From Archaeoglobi archaeon JdFR-42 (lineage in GTDB: Archaea > Halobacteriota > Archaeoglobi > Archaeoglobales > JdFR-42), in contig MTND01000027.1 of NCBI GenBank assembly GCA_002010305.1, positions 14,470-46,469 on the forward strand: a stretch of 32,000 bases of DNA, read 5' to 3'. Positions within the stretch are counted from its first letter, which is position 1. Each line of letters starts with the position of its first letter. The notes under the pieces are model-generated. The model was not told the DNA's origin and searched no databases. It worked only from the letters and a program-made list of their open reading frames with translations. The position numbers and the translations under genes are program-made. This document shows, one piece after another, positions 9,499 to 18,334 of the stretch.

Positions 9499-11358
9499 AT
9501 GTATATCCTTGGAGATGGGAAAGAACAGTATTCAGAGGTTTCACTGTTCAAACTTTTAAGACTTATCAGGAAATATAAGCCCGATATTGTGGCAGTAGAC
9601 AACATATACGAACTTGTGGAAAGTAAAGGAGATCTCATTAATCTCTTGAAAAAGTTCCCTGATGGGACTTCTCTTGTTCAGGTTACTAGTTTTCAGAAAG
9701 GAGAATCTCTCATTAAACTTGCTCGAAGGTTTGGATTATCTTTTGACCCAAAAAATCCTGTAGATGAAGCTAGAATCTGTGCCCTCTTGGCCGATATGGG
9801 TGTAGGATATAAAGTCTCTGCCTTCTCTCCAGTTAGTGTTTTAACTATTTCAAGGGCAAGAAGTCTTGGAAAAGGTGGATGGAGTCAGAACAGGTATCGT
9901 AGAAAAGTTCACCATAACGTTCAAAGTGTGGTTCGTTCTGTAGAGAAAATACTTAAAGACAGGGATCTCAGATATAACATTGAGAAAAAACCAGGCTATG
10001 GGGGCCTTTCACGGGGGAGATTCAAAGTTTTTGCCCCTCTCAGCCAGATTCCCGTATCTAATATAAAAACAGGTGATGTACAGATCAAAGTAGAAGCTGT
10101 GGAAAAGGATTCTTTGGAATTTATTCCCTTAGGAAAGAGAGATCGGTATACCATTGTAGGAGTAGATCCCGGGACAACTACTGCTGTTGCGATATTGGAT
10201 CTAGAAGGAAAAGTAATTAAAACAAAAAGTCAGAGAAATTGGCCACTTCCAAAAGTAATCGAGTATATATACCAGTTTGGAAAGCCTATCATCATTGCAT
10301 CCGATGTTTCTCCACCACCTGGAGCTGTAATGAGAATCAAGAAATCTTTTGATGCAATTCTGTACATTCCTAAGGAATCTCTATCTGTCGAACGAAAGAA
10401 TATCTTGACTGATGGCTATGAAACTGGAAATACTCATGAGAAAGATGCTCTGGCAGCAGCTTTAGATGGATTTAATTTTCATCGGAGCAAATTTGCCCAG
10501 ATTGAAAAAAAGGTGCCAGCAGGTATGGATATAGATGAAGTTAAGGCTAGAGTGCTGAGAGGAGAAACGATAAGTTCTGCCATAAGAGAAAATGAAGAAG
10601 AAATTGAGGAAAGACCTAGAGAGAAAATTAAAGGAGAAGAAATTGACCGATTGAAGGAAGAACTGAAGCGAAAAGAGATACTCATAAGGGATCTCGAACA
10701 AACGATTGATATTATGAAAAAAGACCTGAAGGAGAAAGAAAAGCGGATTGAAAGTCTTGAGCGTCAGATATATAGAATGAAGAGAGAAGAGTCATATCGG
10801 ATCAGGAAAGAGAGAGAAGTAGCAGAACATCGGAAACTGGTTAACATTCTTAAAGAAAAATTATCAATCAGAGAAAAAGAGATCCAGGAGCTCAACAAAA
10901 GACTCCAGTCCATGATTTCTATGAGGTATATGGAGCTAAAAGGTGATTGGAAGCCGGTTAAAGTTCTTACACAATTTACAAGAGAACTCATTGAAGATAT
11001 GGATGCTACCATGGGGATCAGAGAAGGAGATGTGATACTTCTATTAGATCCTAGTGGGGGAGGGAGGTCAGCTGCTGAAATGCTGTGTGAAAAAAAGATA
11101 AAAGCACTTGTTGTAGTGGGCGAAATGTCTCATATTGCGATGGAAGTGTTTATTGAACACGGCATCCCGATCATTAATTCGGAATCCCTTACGTTACAGG
11201 TGTTTGAAAATTTTGCCGTCGTGAATCATAAGGACTTTGAGTCAGTTTATAGAAAAGAAAAGGATAAAGTGGTTGAAGAGATTAAAAAACGAAAGATAAA
11301 AGAAGTTGAGGCTTTATTTGAAAAGTATAAAAACGAACGAACCAGAAAAATAGGATAA
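9499..11358 (+). CDS. DUF460/COG2433-like archaeal protein: RNase-H-fold (RuvC/YqgF-like) module + long coiled coil + C-terminal domain
   Basis: IVGVDPGTTTAVAILDLEGKV is an RNase-H-like/ASKHA-type first strand. About 120 aa of K/E/R-rich heptad-like sequence sits in the middle. The true start may lie upstream at 9439/9442 (see findings). Confidence 0.6.
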   Translation: MYILGDGKEQYSEVSLFKLLRLIRKYKPDIVAVDNIYELVESKGDLINLLKKFPDGTSLVQVTSFQKGESLIKLARRFGLSFDPKNPVDEARICALLADMGVGYKVSAFSPVSVLTISRARSLGKGGWSQNRYRRKVHHNVQSVVRSVEKILKDRDLRYNIEKKPGYGGLSRGRFKVFAPLSQIPVSNIKTGDVQIKVEAVEKDSLEFIPLGKRDRYTIVGVDPGTTTAVAILDLEGKVIKTKSQRNWPLPKVIEYIYQFGKPIIIASDVSPPPGAVMRIKKSFDAILYIPKESLSVERKNILTDGYETGNTHEKDALAAALDGFNFHRSKFAQIEKKVPAGMDIDEVKARVLRGETISSAIRENEEEIEERPREKIKGEEIDRLKEELKRKEILIRDLEQTIDIMKKDLKEKEKRIESLERQIYRMKREESYRIRKEREVAEHRKLVNILKEKLSIREKEIQELNKRLQSMISMRYMELKGDWKPVKVLTQFTRELIEDMDATMGIREGDVILLLDPSGGGRSAAEMLCEKKIKALVVVGEMSHIAMEVFIEHGIPIINSESLTLQVFENFAVVNHKDFESVYRKEKDKVVEEIKKRKIKEVEALFEKYKNERTRKIG

Positions 11359-11389
11359 AGTGGTATAGATTTATCAGTAAGAAGTAATT

Positions 11390-12424
11390 TTATATCTCTA
11401 TGATTTCAGGGTCATCCACTATCCGGGAAGTTCCAGTTCCCTTTTCTACCCATCCTATTTCAAAAGAGTCGTAACCTCTTTCACCAAGAGCCATCAGAAG
11501 ATCATCTTTTGTATCTTTTCCAACAGAAAGCAGTAAACCTCCAGCCGTTTCTGCAGCCTTTCCGATTTCAAGTCCGTATCCAAGTTCTTTGGATACCTCA
11601 AGTGTCCCTCTGATAACAGGAAGGGCATCAATAATTATGTTTACTCCACTTCGTTTGGCCATCTCAGAAGCATGTCCAAGGAGTCCGAACCCGGTTACAT
11701 CAGTGGACGCATGAACAGAATAATCATTCAATATGGTTGCAGCGAATTTATTGGTGGTAGTCAGAATCTCTATTGCCTTGTCTATGGCCCTTTCAAGAAT
11801 TTTCTCTGATACTATCTCTGTCAAATAATCCTGCATCTCATCATCAAGTCTGAGAAGTGCCATGGCTGGTTGTATGCCCAAGGGTTTTGTTAAAATCAAG
11901 ACATCTCCTGCTCGTGCTGTGGAATTGAGGATAATTCTATCTTTTTTTCCAAATCCAGTTACAGCACCTCCAATAATGGGCCAGGGATTGAAAATGGTGT
12001 GCCCTCCTACCACAGGAGCTTCAATTGATCGACAGAAATCAAAAAATCCTTCTATAAGTTTCTTTTTTACGATATCGGGCATATCAGTTGGAAAACCTAG
12101 CATAAGGAGAACTCCTGAAATGTCCAAAATCCCTTTAGCGTAAATGTCGTTAGTGGAGTTACATGCAGCAATTTGTCCCTGTATATAGGGATCATCAATG
12201 ATAGGTGTAAAAAAATCCACTGTATGAAGGATGGCCACATCCTCAACGAGAGTTATTCCACTATCATCTCCAATTCCTGCAATCACATTCTCAGGATAAG
12301 GGTAGCTTATAGAGAAATGTTTCAACAATTCTTCAAGATCGTATTTTGGTAACTTACAGCTACATCCATGAATACTTACTTTTTGAGTCAATCTGTATTT
12401 CACGTTTTTATAACGGCGCATCAT
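11390..12424 (-). CDS. selD: Selenophosphate synthetase (selenide, water dikinase), Cys-type
   Basis: N-terminal HGCSCKLP matches the SelD C/U-x-C-K active-site loop. The body is AIR-synthase-like (GDDSGI, DFFTP, ...HASTDVTGFGLLGH). GGTGG lies 5 nt upstream of the ATG. Confidence 0.85.
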   Translation of the reverse strand: MMRRYKNVKYRLTQKVSIHGCSCKLPKYDLEELLKHFSISYPYPENVIAGIGDDSGITLVEDVAILHTVDFFTPIIDDPYIQGQIAACNSTNDIYAKGILDISGVLLMLGFPTDMPDIVKKKLIEGFFDFCRSIEAPVVGGHTIFNPWPIIGGAVTGFGKKDRIILNSTARAGDVLILTKPLGIQPAMALLRLDDEMQDYLTEIVSEKILERAIDKAIEILTTTNKFAATILNDYSVHASTDVTGFGLLGHASEMAKRSGVNIIIDALPVIRGTLEVSKELGYGLEIGKAAETAGGLLLSVGKDTKDDLLMALGERGYDSFEIGWVEKGTGTSRIVDDPEIIEI

Positions 12425-12659
12425 TTTCCACCAATTTTAAGCAAAGTTGAACAGTAACTTGGTGAAATTGAACCATCATATATAGTTTGTCCTTTTATCT
12501 TTTTTGATGATAAGCTCTAATGATCAAGATGGCCGAAAGAGAATAATAGGGCTTTTCCTTAATGATTTGATGACATATTTAATTGAGTAAAGCAAATAGT
12601 GAACTTTCAGAGCTCCCTCTTTCAGCTTTCTAATGTTAATACCAGTGATACCTTCAACG

Positions 12660-13346
12660 TCATCTCAGATACACTCTGACCTCTGTTATAAACATGGCGA
12701 CAAAATAGAGGATCACAATAGCCCCGATAAGACAGGAGAGGATGTGAGTGAGAAAAAGTCCTAAATTAGCTGAAATTCCAGCGAGGCTTATAAATGTAAA
12801 GGTCACAAAAGTTCCGTTCAGAAGAGGAATGAGATTTAAAGGCAGTAGCATTTGACTCTTCATTTGTTTCCTGTATCTAAGGAGAGATAGTGATGCATAG
12901 AATATGATGATGGATACTGCCAGTGCAAGAATTCCAAATCCATAAAATGGAATTTCAGGCTCCACAGCCATCTCAATATGCTGGAGGAGAATCCAAGTAA
13001 GTGCGATGTATGAGACTACACTGAGAAATTTTCCACTTGGGGTTACTCTAAGGCCTATACCCGTTCTTTGTGTCAACCATCCTAGTAATAGTATTGCAGC
13101 AGGCATGTAAAGTACTGCAACACCTGCAATATGAGGAAGTGTTACGGAAAACTTTCCGATAATGAGTCCTATGAAAAGTACAAGGTAAATAATCCCGAGA
13201 AATATCAGGAGAATTCCAATTCCTAATGATAGGCTGCTCCAATACTGGTTTAGAAGTGAAAGTTTTTCTAGATCGTGGGAGTTAAGAATAAGAAGAGCCC
13301 ATATGGATACAAGCAAAAGAACCAGGGATACTACCAGGAAACTCAC
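12660..13346 (-). CDS. Polytopic membrane protein of unknown function (about 7 TM segments)
   Basis: Uninterrupted 228-codon ORF with regularly spaced hydrophobic segments and a GTG start. I recognise no family. Confidence 0.5.
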   Translation of the reverse strand: MSFLVVSLVLLLVSIWALLILNSHDLEKLSLLNQYWSSLSLGIGILLIFLGIIYLVLFIGLIIGKFSVTLPHIAGVAVLYMPAAILLLGWLTQRTGIGLRVTPSGKFLSVVSYIALTWILLQHIEMAVEPEIPFYGFGILALAVSIIIFYASLSLLRYRKQMKSQMLLPLNLIPLLNGTFVTFTFISLAGISANLGLFLTHILSCLIGAIVILYFVAMFITEVRVYLR

Positions 13347-13547
13347 GGTTTCTTATTATGATTTTAACTAATTAATTAATTTTTCTCTTTCTTTGACTAT
13401 ATCTGGGCTGAAATGTTTAATTTGAAATGTGGCAGGTTTTTTAGACACATCATTTTCATGGAAACTTTTAATTACAAAGCTTTACACATCAGGGTTAACT
13501 CATGGTTAGTTAATATGCAGAGCAATATCGTTAAGATCAGTTGATAA

Positions 13548-13621
13548 GCCCCCGTGGTATAGTCTGGATAGCATGAGGGCCTCCGGAGCCCTAGACCTGG
13601 GTTCAAATCCCGGCGGGGGCA
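13548..13621 (+). tRNA. tRNA-Arg (anticodon CCG)
   Basis: Hand-folded cloverleaf. Acceptor GCCCCCG/CGGGGGC (7 bp) with discriminator A. D-loop AGTCTGGATA with A14 and G18G19. Anticodon stem AGGGC/GCCCT with loop CT-CCG-GA. T-arm CTGGG-TTCAAAT-CCCGG. CCA is not encoded. The D-stem (GTAT/GCAT) is weak, with two G-U pairs and one A-C mismatch. Confidence 0.85.
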
Positions 13622-13627
13622 TTTTTT
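13622..13627 (+). terminator. Oligo-T tract immediately after the tRNA
   Basis: TTTTTT follows the discriminator base directly. Oligo-T is the usual archaeal termination signal. Confidence 0.5.
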
Positions 13628-13740
13628 GTAATGTTCAGATGCATCCTGTCCCCTTTCTTGGATTAAAATTCTGGACATGTGGAGTGAGACTCTTAAAAAG
13701 TTAAAAACTATGAAGAACACCCGGAAGATATTTATCTTGG

Positions 13741-14673
13741 ATGATTATTGCGACATCTGTGAAAAGTAGAAAGATAGTAGAGGACTCATCATCGGATAAC
13801 AGGATCTACATAATAGCCTTGCTGGTTGTTGTACTGATATGGGCAGGATCCTTTATTTTTATAAAAGTAGGTTTAAGAGAAATAGGGCCGTATAATCTTG
13901 CATTATATCGATACTTGATCTCTGCACCGATTATGCTGTGCATACTGTGGAAAGAAAGTGGTGGGTTCCCTAAAATTGATATAAAGGATCTTCCTATATT
14001 CATTGTTTTAGCCCTTACGGGAGTCACTCTATTGTATGCTGTTCAGTTCGTTGCTATGGAATACACCACAGCTACTAATTCTTCTATTTTAATAAATACT
14101 TCTGTAATTTTTATAGCGATAATGTCTTTTCTTTTCCTGAATGAAAAATTTACACGATTGAAGGCTTTCGGAGTGTTGATCTCTTTCACAGGTGTGGGGT
14201 TGATACTATCTAATGGTAGTCTCAGTTTGACTGAACTCTTTGGTCGAGATACTTTCGTAGGAGATGTCCTAATGGTGTTGGATGGTTTCATATGGGCAAT
14301 CTATACCATTACGGGTAAAAAATTGATTGGAAGATACTCTCCCAATACAATCATTGCTGTATCATTTGTAATTGGGGCCCTTCTCTTATTTCCTTTTGCA
14401 ATCTATGAGAGATTGATAAACCCCTTCTTTCTCAGTCTTACATCATGGATTTCTATATTATATCTAGCCATCTTGAGTTCTGTGGTGGCTTATATCGTCT
14501 GGTTCAGGGCTCTAGAAGTGATGAATGCAACAAATGTAGCGGTATTTGTGTATCTGATACCTCTTTTCACTGTGGTCATGGCAATTCCTGTCCTTGGAGA
14601 GAAGATTGGTATTTTCACTGTTGCGGGTGGTCTCTTGATCATGATGGGAGTCTATCTAACTGAGAGATTCTGA
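13741..14673 (+). CDS. EamA/DMT-superfamily transporter
   Basis: Ten hydrophobic segments in two EamA-like repeats. It ends 55 nt upstream of the PSTK-SelB ORF on the same strand. Confidence 0.7.
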   Translation: MIIATSVKSRKIVEDSSSDNRIYIIALLVVVLIWAGSFIFIKVGLREIGPYNLALYRYLISAPIMLCILWKESGGFPKIDIKDLPIFIVLALTGVTLLYAVQFVAMEYTTATNSSILINTSVIFIAIMSFLFLNEKFTRLKAFGVLISFTGVGLILSNGSLSLTELFGRDTFVGDVLMVLDGFIWAIYTITGKKLIGRYSPNTIIAVSFVIGALLLFPFAIYERLINPFFLSLTSWISILYLAILSSVVAYIVWFRALEVMNATNVAVFVYLIPLFTVVMAIPVLGEKIGIFTVAGGLLIMMGVYLTERF

Positions 14674-14728
14674 TCCACGAGGGTTAACTTTATCAATCCA
14701 TCCCGAGTATCCATCAGAAAGTGGAGGC

Positions 14729-16849
14729 ATGTTCATGAATCCTTATCTGTTAATACTGGTGGGCGTTCCTGGTGCTGGGAAGTCTACCTTTGCAAAGGTC
14801 ATGGCAGACTTACTGAGTGAAAAGAACATTCCATCTGTGATCATCTCTCCGGACAGTTTCAGGGAGATGATTAAGCAAAAAGAATTTGATCCGTCATCTG
14901 AGGAATTTGTTTCTAATGCTGTCCGAACCAGTGTTGAACTTGCACTAAAACATGGTTTCTTTGTCATTTGTGACGATCTTAATTACTATGAATCCATGCG
15001 ACGCAAATTAAAAGATATTGCCGTAAGACTTGGGTTTGAGTATGGGATAGTATACATCTCTACATCTCCAGAAACAGCAAAAGAATGGAATAGGGCAAGG
15101 GGAAATCCTATCCCAGATGATCTGATTGATGACATCTATTTCAAACTGGACATTCCGGGTAAAAAATACCGATGGGATAAACCCATTTTTTCGGTAGATC
15201 TAGGAGAAACCAAGCCTGATGAAGCTGTCATAGATCTTGTCGAGATTATCAATAAAAAGATCAAAAAATCCGACTTACAGAAAAGGAAACCTAGAAAAGA
15301 TAGTTGTGAAAGCAGAAAAGTTAGGGAAATTGAAAGAGTTACGAGACATGCCATGGGAACTCTAATGCGAGAATATAGGCTAGGGGACGCTGCATCTCAG
15401 ATCTCAATGCTTAGAAAGGAGATAGTAAAACAAGCCTTGATGAGGAAATGGCCTCCTGAAAAAGCTGCTTCAGAATTTCTCGAGAATGCTAGGAATATTA
15501 TTAAAGGTTTTCAAATACAGCCTGAAGGTAAAATACACATACATCTGGGTTTATTCGGGCATATTGATCATGGAAAAACCTCTATTGCAAGGTGTCTGAC
15601 AGAAACGGCCTCTACTGCAAGCCTTGATCGGCATCCTGAATCCCAGAAAAGAGGGATGACAATTGATATGGGATTTTCAGCCTTTGAGGCTGGAAAGTAT
15701 ATTGTCACTCTGGTGGATCTCCCTGGTCATCACTCTTTAATGAGTCATGTGGTAGGGGGAGCAAGCATAATCGATGGAGCCCTACTGGTAGTAGATGTGC
15801 TGGATGGGATCAATGTTCAGACTGTTGAACATTTTGCTGTTATAAGGGGTCTAGGGCTGAAGCTAATTATCATATTGAATAAGGTAGATGCCGCCTCTGA
15901 CGATAGAATTAACGAAGTAGAGGAAAAAATCAAGAAAATGCTAGATGGATACTCTGCTAGAATTGTCAGAGTTTCTGCTTTTACAGGTCAGGGAATTGAT
16001 GAGCTTAAAGATATTATTTCAGATGAAATTCCCCCTCCTACGAGGATTATTATTGGATCCCTAAAAATCCCTTTGGATCATGCTTTTCACATCCCTGGTG
16101 CGGGAACGGTTGTTACAGGTACCATTATGCGTGGAGAGGTTAAAAGAGGGGATACGCTCTATTTGTTCCCAATCAAAAGAGAGGTAAAAGTGCGAGGAAT
16201 TCAAATATTCAAACAAAATGTGAATCGAGCCAAAGCAGGAGATCGAGTCGCTCTTGCCTTGAGTGGTGTCAAACCTGATGAGATTGACAGAGGATTCATT
16301 CTTACGTCATCATTCTTGAGTGAAGTGAATTTTGTCAGAGTGGCAGTGAAAAAAGAAAGGTTTTATAGTCATCCAATACGAGTCGGAGAAGTTATGCATG
16401 CGGGCATTGGCTTAAATTCAACTATGGTTGAAGTATACCCAGTTATAGATGAAATGGGTACTCTTGTACTTTCAGAAGCTGGAGATGAATTTGATGCACT
16501 CTTGAGATTAGAAAAAAAGCTTGTAGTTGAAGAAGGAGATATGGTGATGTTGTATCGTGGTGATCTCTCTCCACGAGAAATGAGAGTTGTAGGTGTAGGG
16601 AAAGTAACGGAAATATTTGGTAAGGCCCCTAAGATCTACAGGAAAAAGACAAGGATATGTGAGTTTGTAGATACGAGACACGGTGTAATGGCAAAAATTA
16701 GACTCGAGAAAGAAAAACATTTGGATAAGATACTTGTGGATGGTACGTTAATGGATGTTAAGTCTTTTACAGATAAAGGAGTTATTTTGGAAAAAGTACA
16801 TCCTGGTGAGAAACCTTTAACTTTTTTCAGGAGGGTGAAAATTGAATGA
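14729..16849 (+). CDS. Fusion protein: O-phosphoseryl-tRNA(Sec) kinase (PSTK) module (aa ~1-260) + selenocysteine-specific elongation factor SelB/aEFSec (aa ~265-706)
   Basis: One uninterrupted 706-codon ORF. The N-terminal part has the PSTK/KTI12-type P-loop LILVGVPGAGKSTF, then CDDLNYYESMRRKL, DIPGKKYRWDKPIF, and a basic helical C-terminal tRNA-binding-like region (RKVREIERVTRHAMGTLMREY). From about aa 270 it continues into IHLGLFGHIDHGKTSIARCLTE..ASLDRHPESQKRGMTIDMGF (G1/G2), DLPGH (G3) and NKVD (G4), followed by beta-barrel domains typical of archaeal SelB. No ATG/GTG/TTG lies near the junction (about 15506-15535). Confidence 0.85.
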   Translation: MFMNPYLLILVGVPGAGKSTFAKVMADLLSEKNIPSVIISPDSFREMIKQKEFDPSSEEFVSNAVRTSVELALKHGFFVICDDLNYYESMRRKLKDIAVRLGFEYGIVYISTSPETAKEWNRARGNPIPDDLIDDIYFKLDIPGKKYRWDKPIFSVDLGETKPDEAVIDLVEIINKKIKKSDLQKRKPRKDSCESRKVREIERVTRHAMGTLMREYRLGDAASQISMLRKEIVKQALMRKWPPEKAASEFLENARNIIKGFQIQPEGKIHIHLGLFGHIDHGKTSIARCLTETASTASLDRHPESQKRGMTIDMGFSAFEAGKYIVTLVDLPGHHSLMSHVVGGASIIDGALLVVDVLDGINVQTVEHFAVIRGLGLKLIIILNKVDAASDDRINEVEEKIKKMLDGYSARIVRVSAFTGQGIDELKDIISDEIPPPTRIIIGSLKIPLDHAFHIPGAGTVVTGTIMRGEVKRGDTLYLFPIKREVKVRGIQIFKQNVNRAKAGDRVALALSGVKPDEIDRGFILTSSFLSEVNFVRVAVKKERFYSHPIRVGEVMHAGIGLNSTMVEVYPVIDEMGTLVLSEAGDEFDALLRLEKKLVVEEGDMVMLYRGDLSPREMRVVGVGKVTEIFGKAPKIYRKKTRICEFVDTRHGVMAKIRLEKEKHLDKILVDGTLMDVKSFTDKGVILEKVHPGEKPLTFFRRVKIE

Positions 16850-18158
16850 AGAATGGCTCAGTATTCTTTCTGGTATGATTCCAAACAACATGCTTGAACG
16901 AGGTAGGGTGGTCAGAAAAAACCTCACCTCATCCATTAAGGTTCTTTTTGAGCAGAGATCAGTTCCGTATGAAGGGTGGAGTAATGAAGCCATCTGGGAA
17001 TTGATTCACTTTCTCTCGTCTATGGACACAGATAAGGATGCTCATGCTGCAAGAATAGGCGAGAGGGAAGCAAGAACAGCAAGTCCCTTAAATTCGTATT
17101 ATTCTGGAGGGTTTAATCATGGTGTTGGTAGATCTGGAGAGCTGATAGCCCCTCAACCGAAAGCTCCTGGGACCTCCATCATGTATCAGCTTGCCAATAG
17201 AATTGCTCTTTCCTTTTTGAAACACCTTGGTCTGCCCAATGTAAATGGAGCTTTTGTTGCGCCTCTATCTACTGGTATGGCCATAGCTCTGGCTTTATCG
17301 TACTTCAGGAAGATACATAGAGGTCATGAAGTAGTGTATCCAAGAGCGGATCATAAGTCCCCTATGAAAGCTGTGGAGTTAATTGGTGGAAAGCTAAAAG
17401 TTGTAGAAGGAGTTATAAATGGAGATGAAGTTACGATTCCTATTGAGGACATCCATGAGGCAGTTTCAGAGAACACTTTTGCTATTCTTTCCACCACCAC
17501 CTTTTTTCCTCCACGGGGACCTGATAACGTTAAGGAAATTGCCAAACTTGCTAGGGATCTGGAAATTCCCCATATCATTAATAATGCTTATGGTGTTCAG
17601 AGCCATGAGATCATGAAAAGAATTCGTTCTGCCATTGACGCTGGAAGAGTTGATGTGATAATTCAGAGTACTGATAAAAACTTTCTTACACCAATAGGTG
17701 GCTCGATTCTGGCGAGCTCGGATTCTTCATCTCTTGAAGGAATTTCAAAAATGTATCCGGGGAGGGCTAATGCAAATCCTGTGCTGCAGTTCCTAATCAG
17801 TTCTCTTAGCTTGGGCTTAAATGGATATGAAAGCCTTAGACAGGAGCAAATTTCAGCAAAGAAATTACTAGGGGATCTTTTGAAAGAATTTGCAGATGAT
17901 GTTGGTGAACATGTCCTTCACGTGTACAATCCTGTTGCATGGGCAGTTACTATGGACTCAAAAGATGTGAGGGCTGTAGGAGGTGCTCTGTATAATTTAA
18001 GAGTTACAGGACCAAGAGCTGTAAAAAAAGGGGATTTCGGATCATGTTGCAATGAATATCCCCACTCATACATTACCATGAATGCTGCAATTGGGGTAAA
18101 GAAGAGGGATATAACAATGGCTGTTGAAAGGCTGAGAAAGGCATATAAGTCTGTATGA
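16842..18158 (+). CDS. O-phosphoseryl-tRNA(Sec) selenium transferase (SepSecS)
   Basis: MDTDKDAHAARIGEREAR, GVGRSGELIAPQPKAPGTSIMYQL, the PLP-lysine context IIQSTDKNFLTPIGGS, and LRVTGPR. The TTG start at 16842 overlaps the PSTK-SelB stop (16847..16849) by 8 nt. The N-terminus (LSGMIPNNMLERG) aligns in length with methanococcal SepSecS as I remember it. Confidence 0.88.
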   Translation: MNEEWLSILSGMIPNNMLERGRVVRKNLTSSIKVLFEQRSVPYEGWSNEAIWELIHFLSSMDTDKDAHAARIGEREARTASPLNSYYSGGFNHGVGRSGELIAPQPKAPGTSIMYQLANRIALSFLKHLGLPNVNGAFVAPLSTGMAIALALSYFRKIHRGHEVVYPRADHKSPMKAVELIGGKLKVVEGVINGDEVTIPIEDIHEAVSENTFAILSTTTFFPPRGPDNVKEIAKLARDLEIPHIINNAYGVQSHEIMKRIRSAIDAGRVDVIIQSTDKNFLTPIGGSILASSDSSSLEGISKMYPGRANANPVLQFLISSLSLGLNGYESLRQEQISAKKLLGDLLKEFADDVGEHVLHVYNPVAWAVTMDSKDVRAVGGALYNLRVTGPRAVKKGDFGSCCNEYPHSYITMNAAIGVKKRDITMAVERLRKAYKSV

Positions 18159-18334
18159 GATCGGTCTTTAATGTCGCATCCGTAGAATTACCTGTGAGAA
18201 GTTTTTATCTTAGTCTAGCTGATTGATATTATTCCAAAGCAAGATATCCTCAGTGAATCTTAGCATATCAGTCGAATGGAATATGTGCGGTAAAATTCAA
18301 AAACCTTAATTATCCCAGAATAACATCACCCCAT

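Noticed and set aside
12425-12659. Possible tRNA-Sec or archaeal SECIS in the selD upstream gap, including the CTTTCAG...GAGCTC...CTTTCAG segment near 12604-12630
   Set aside because: No cloverleaf, T-loop (GTTCRAATC) or UCA anticodon loop could be folded. The best hairpin is only a 4-bp AGCT/AGCT stem, far short of the GC-rich two-stem SECIS with a GAA/A internal loop. The neighbouring membrane-protein ORF has no in-frame TGA.
13413-13544. 43-codon plus-strand ORF (MFNLKCGRFFRHIIF...) ending 4 nt before the tRNA
   Set aside because: It has no RBS or TATA context and an odd composition, and it sits where the tRNA promoter must be. It is probably chance.
13472-13720. 82-aa minus-strand ORF
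   Set aside because: It runs antisense across the tRNA-Arg gene, and the GC-rich tRNA sequence creates the open frame.
18159-18334. Possible tRNA-Sec downstream of SepSecS
   Set aside because: The region is A/T-rich with no complementary 9-bp acceptor ends or T-arm. Nothing there resembles a tRNA.
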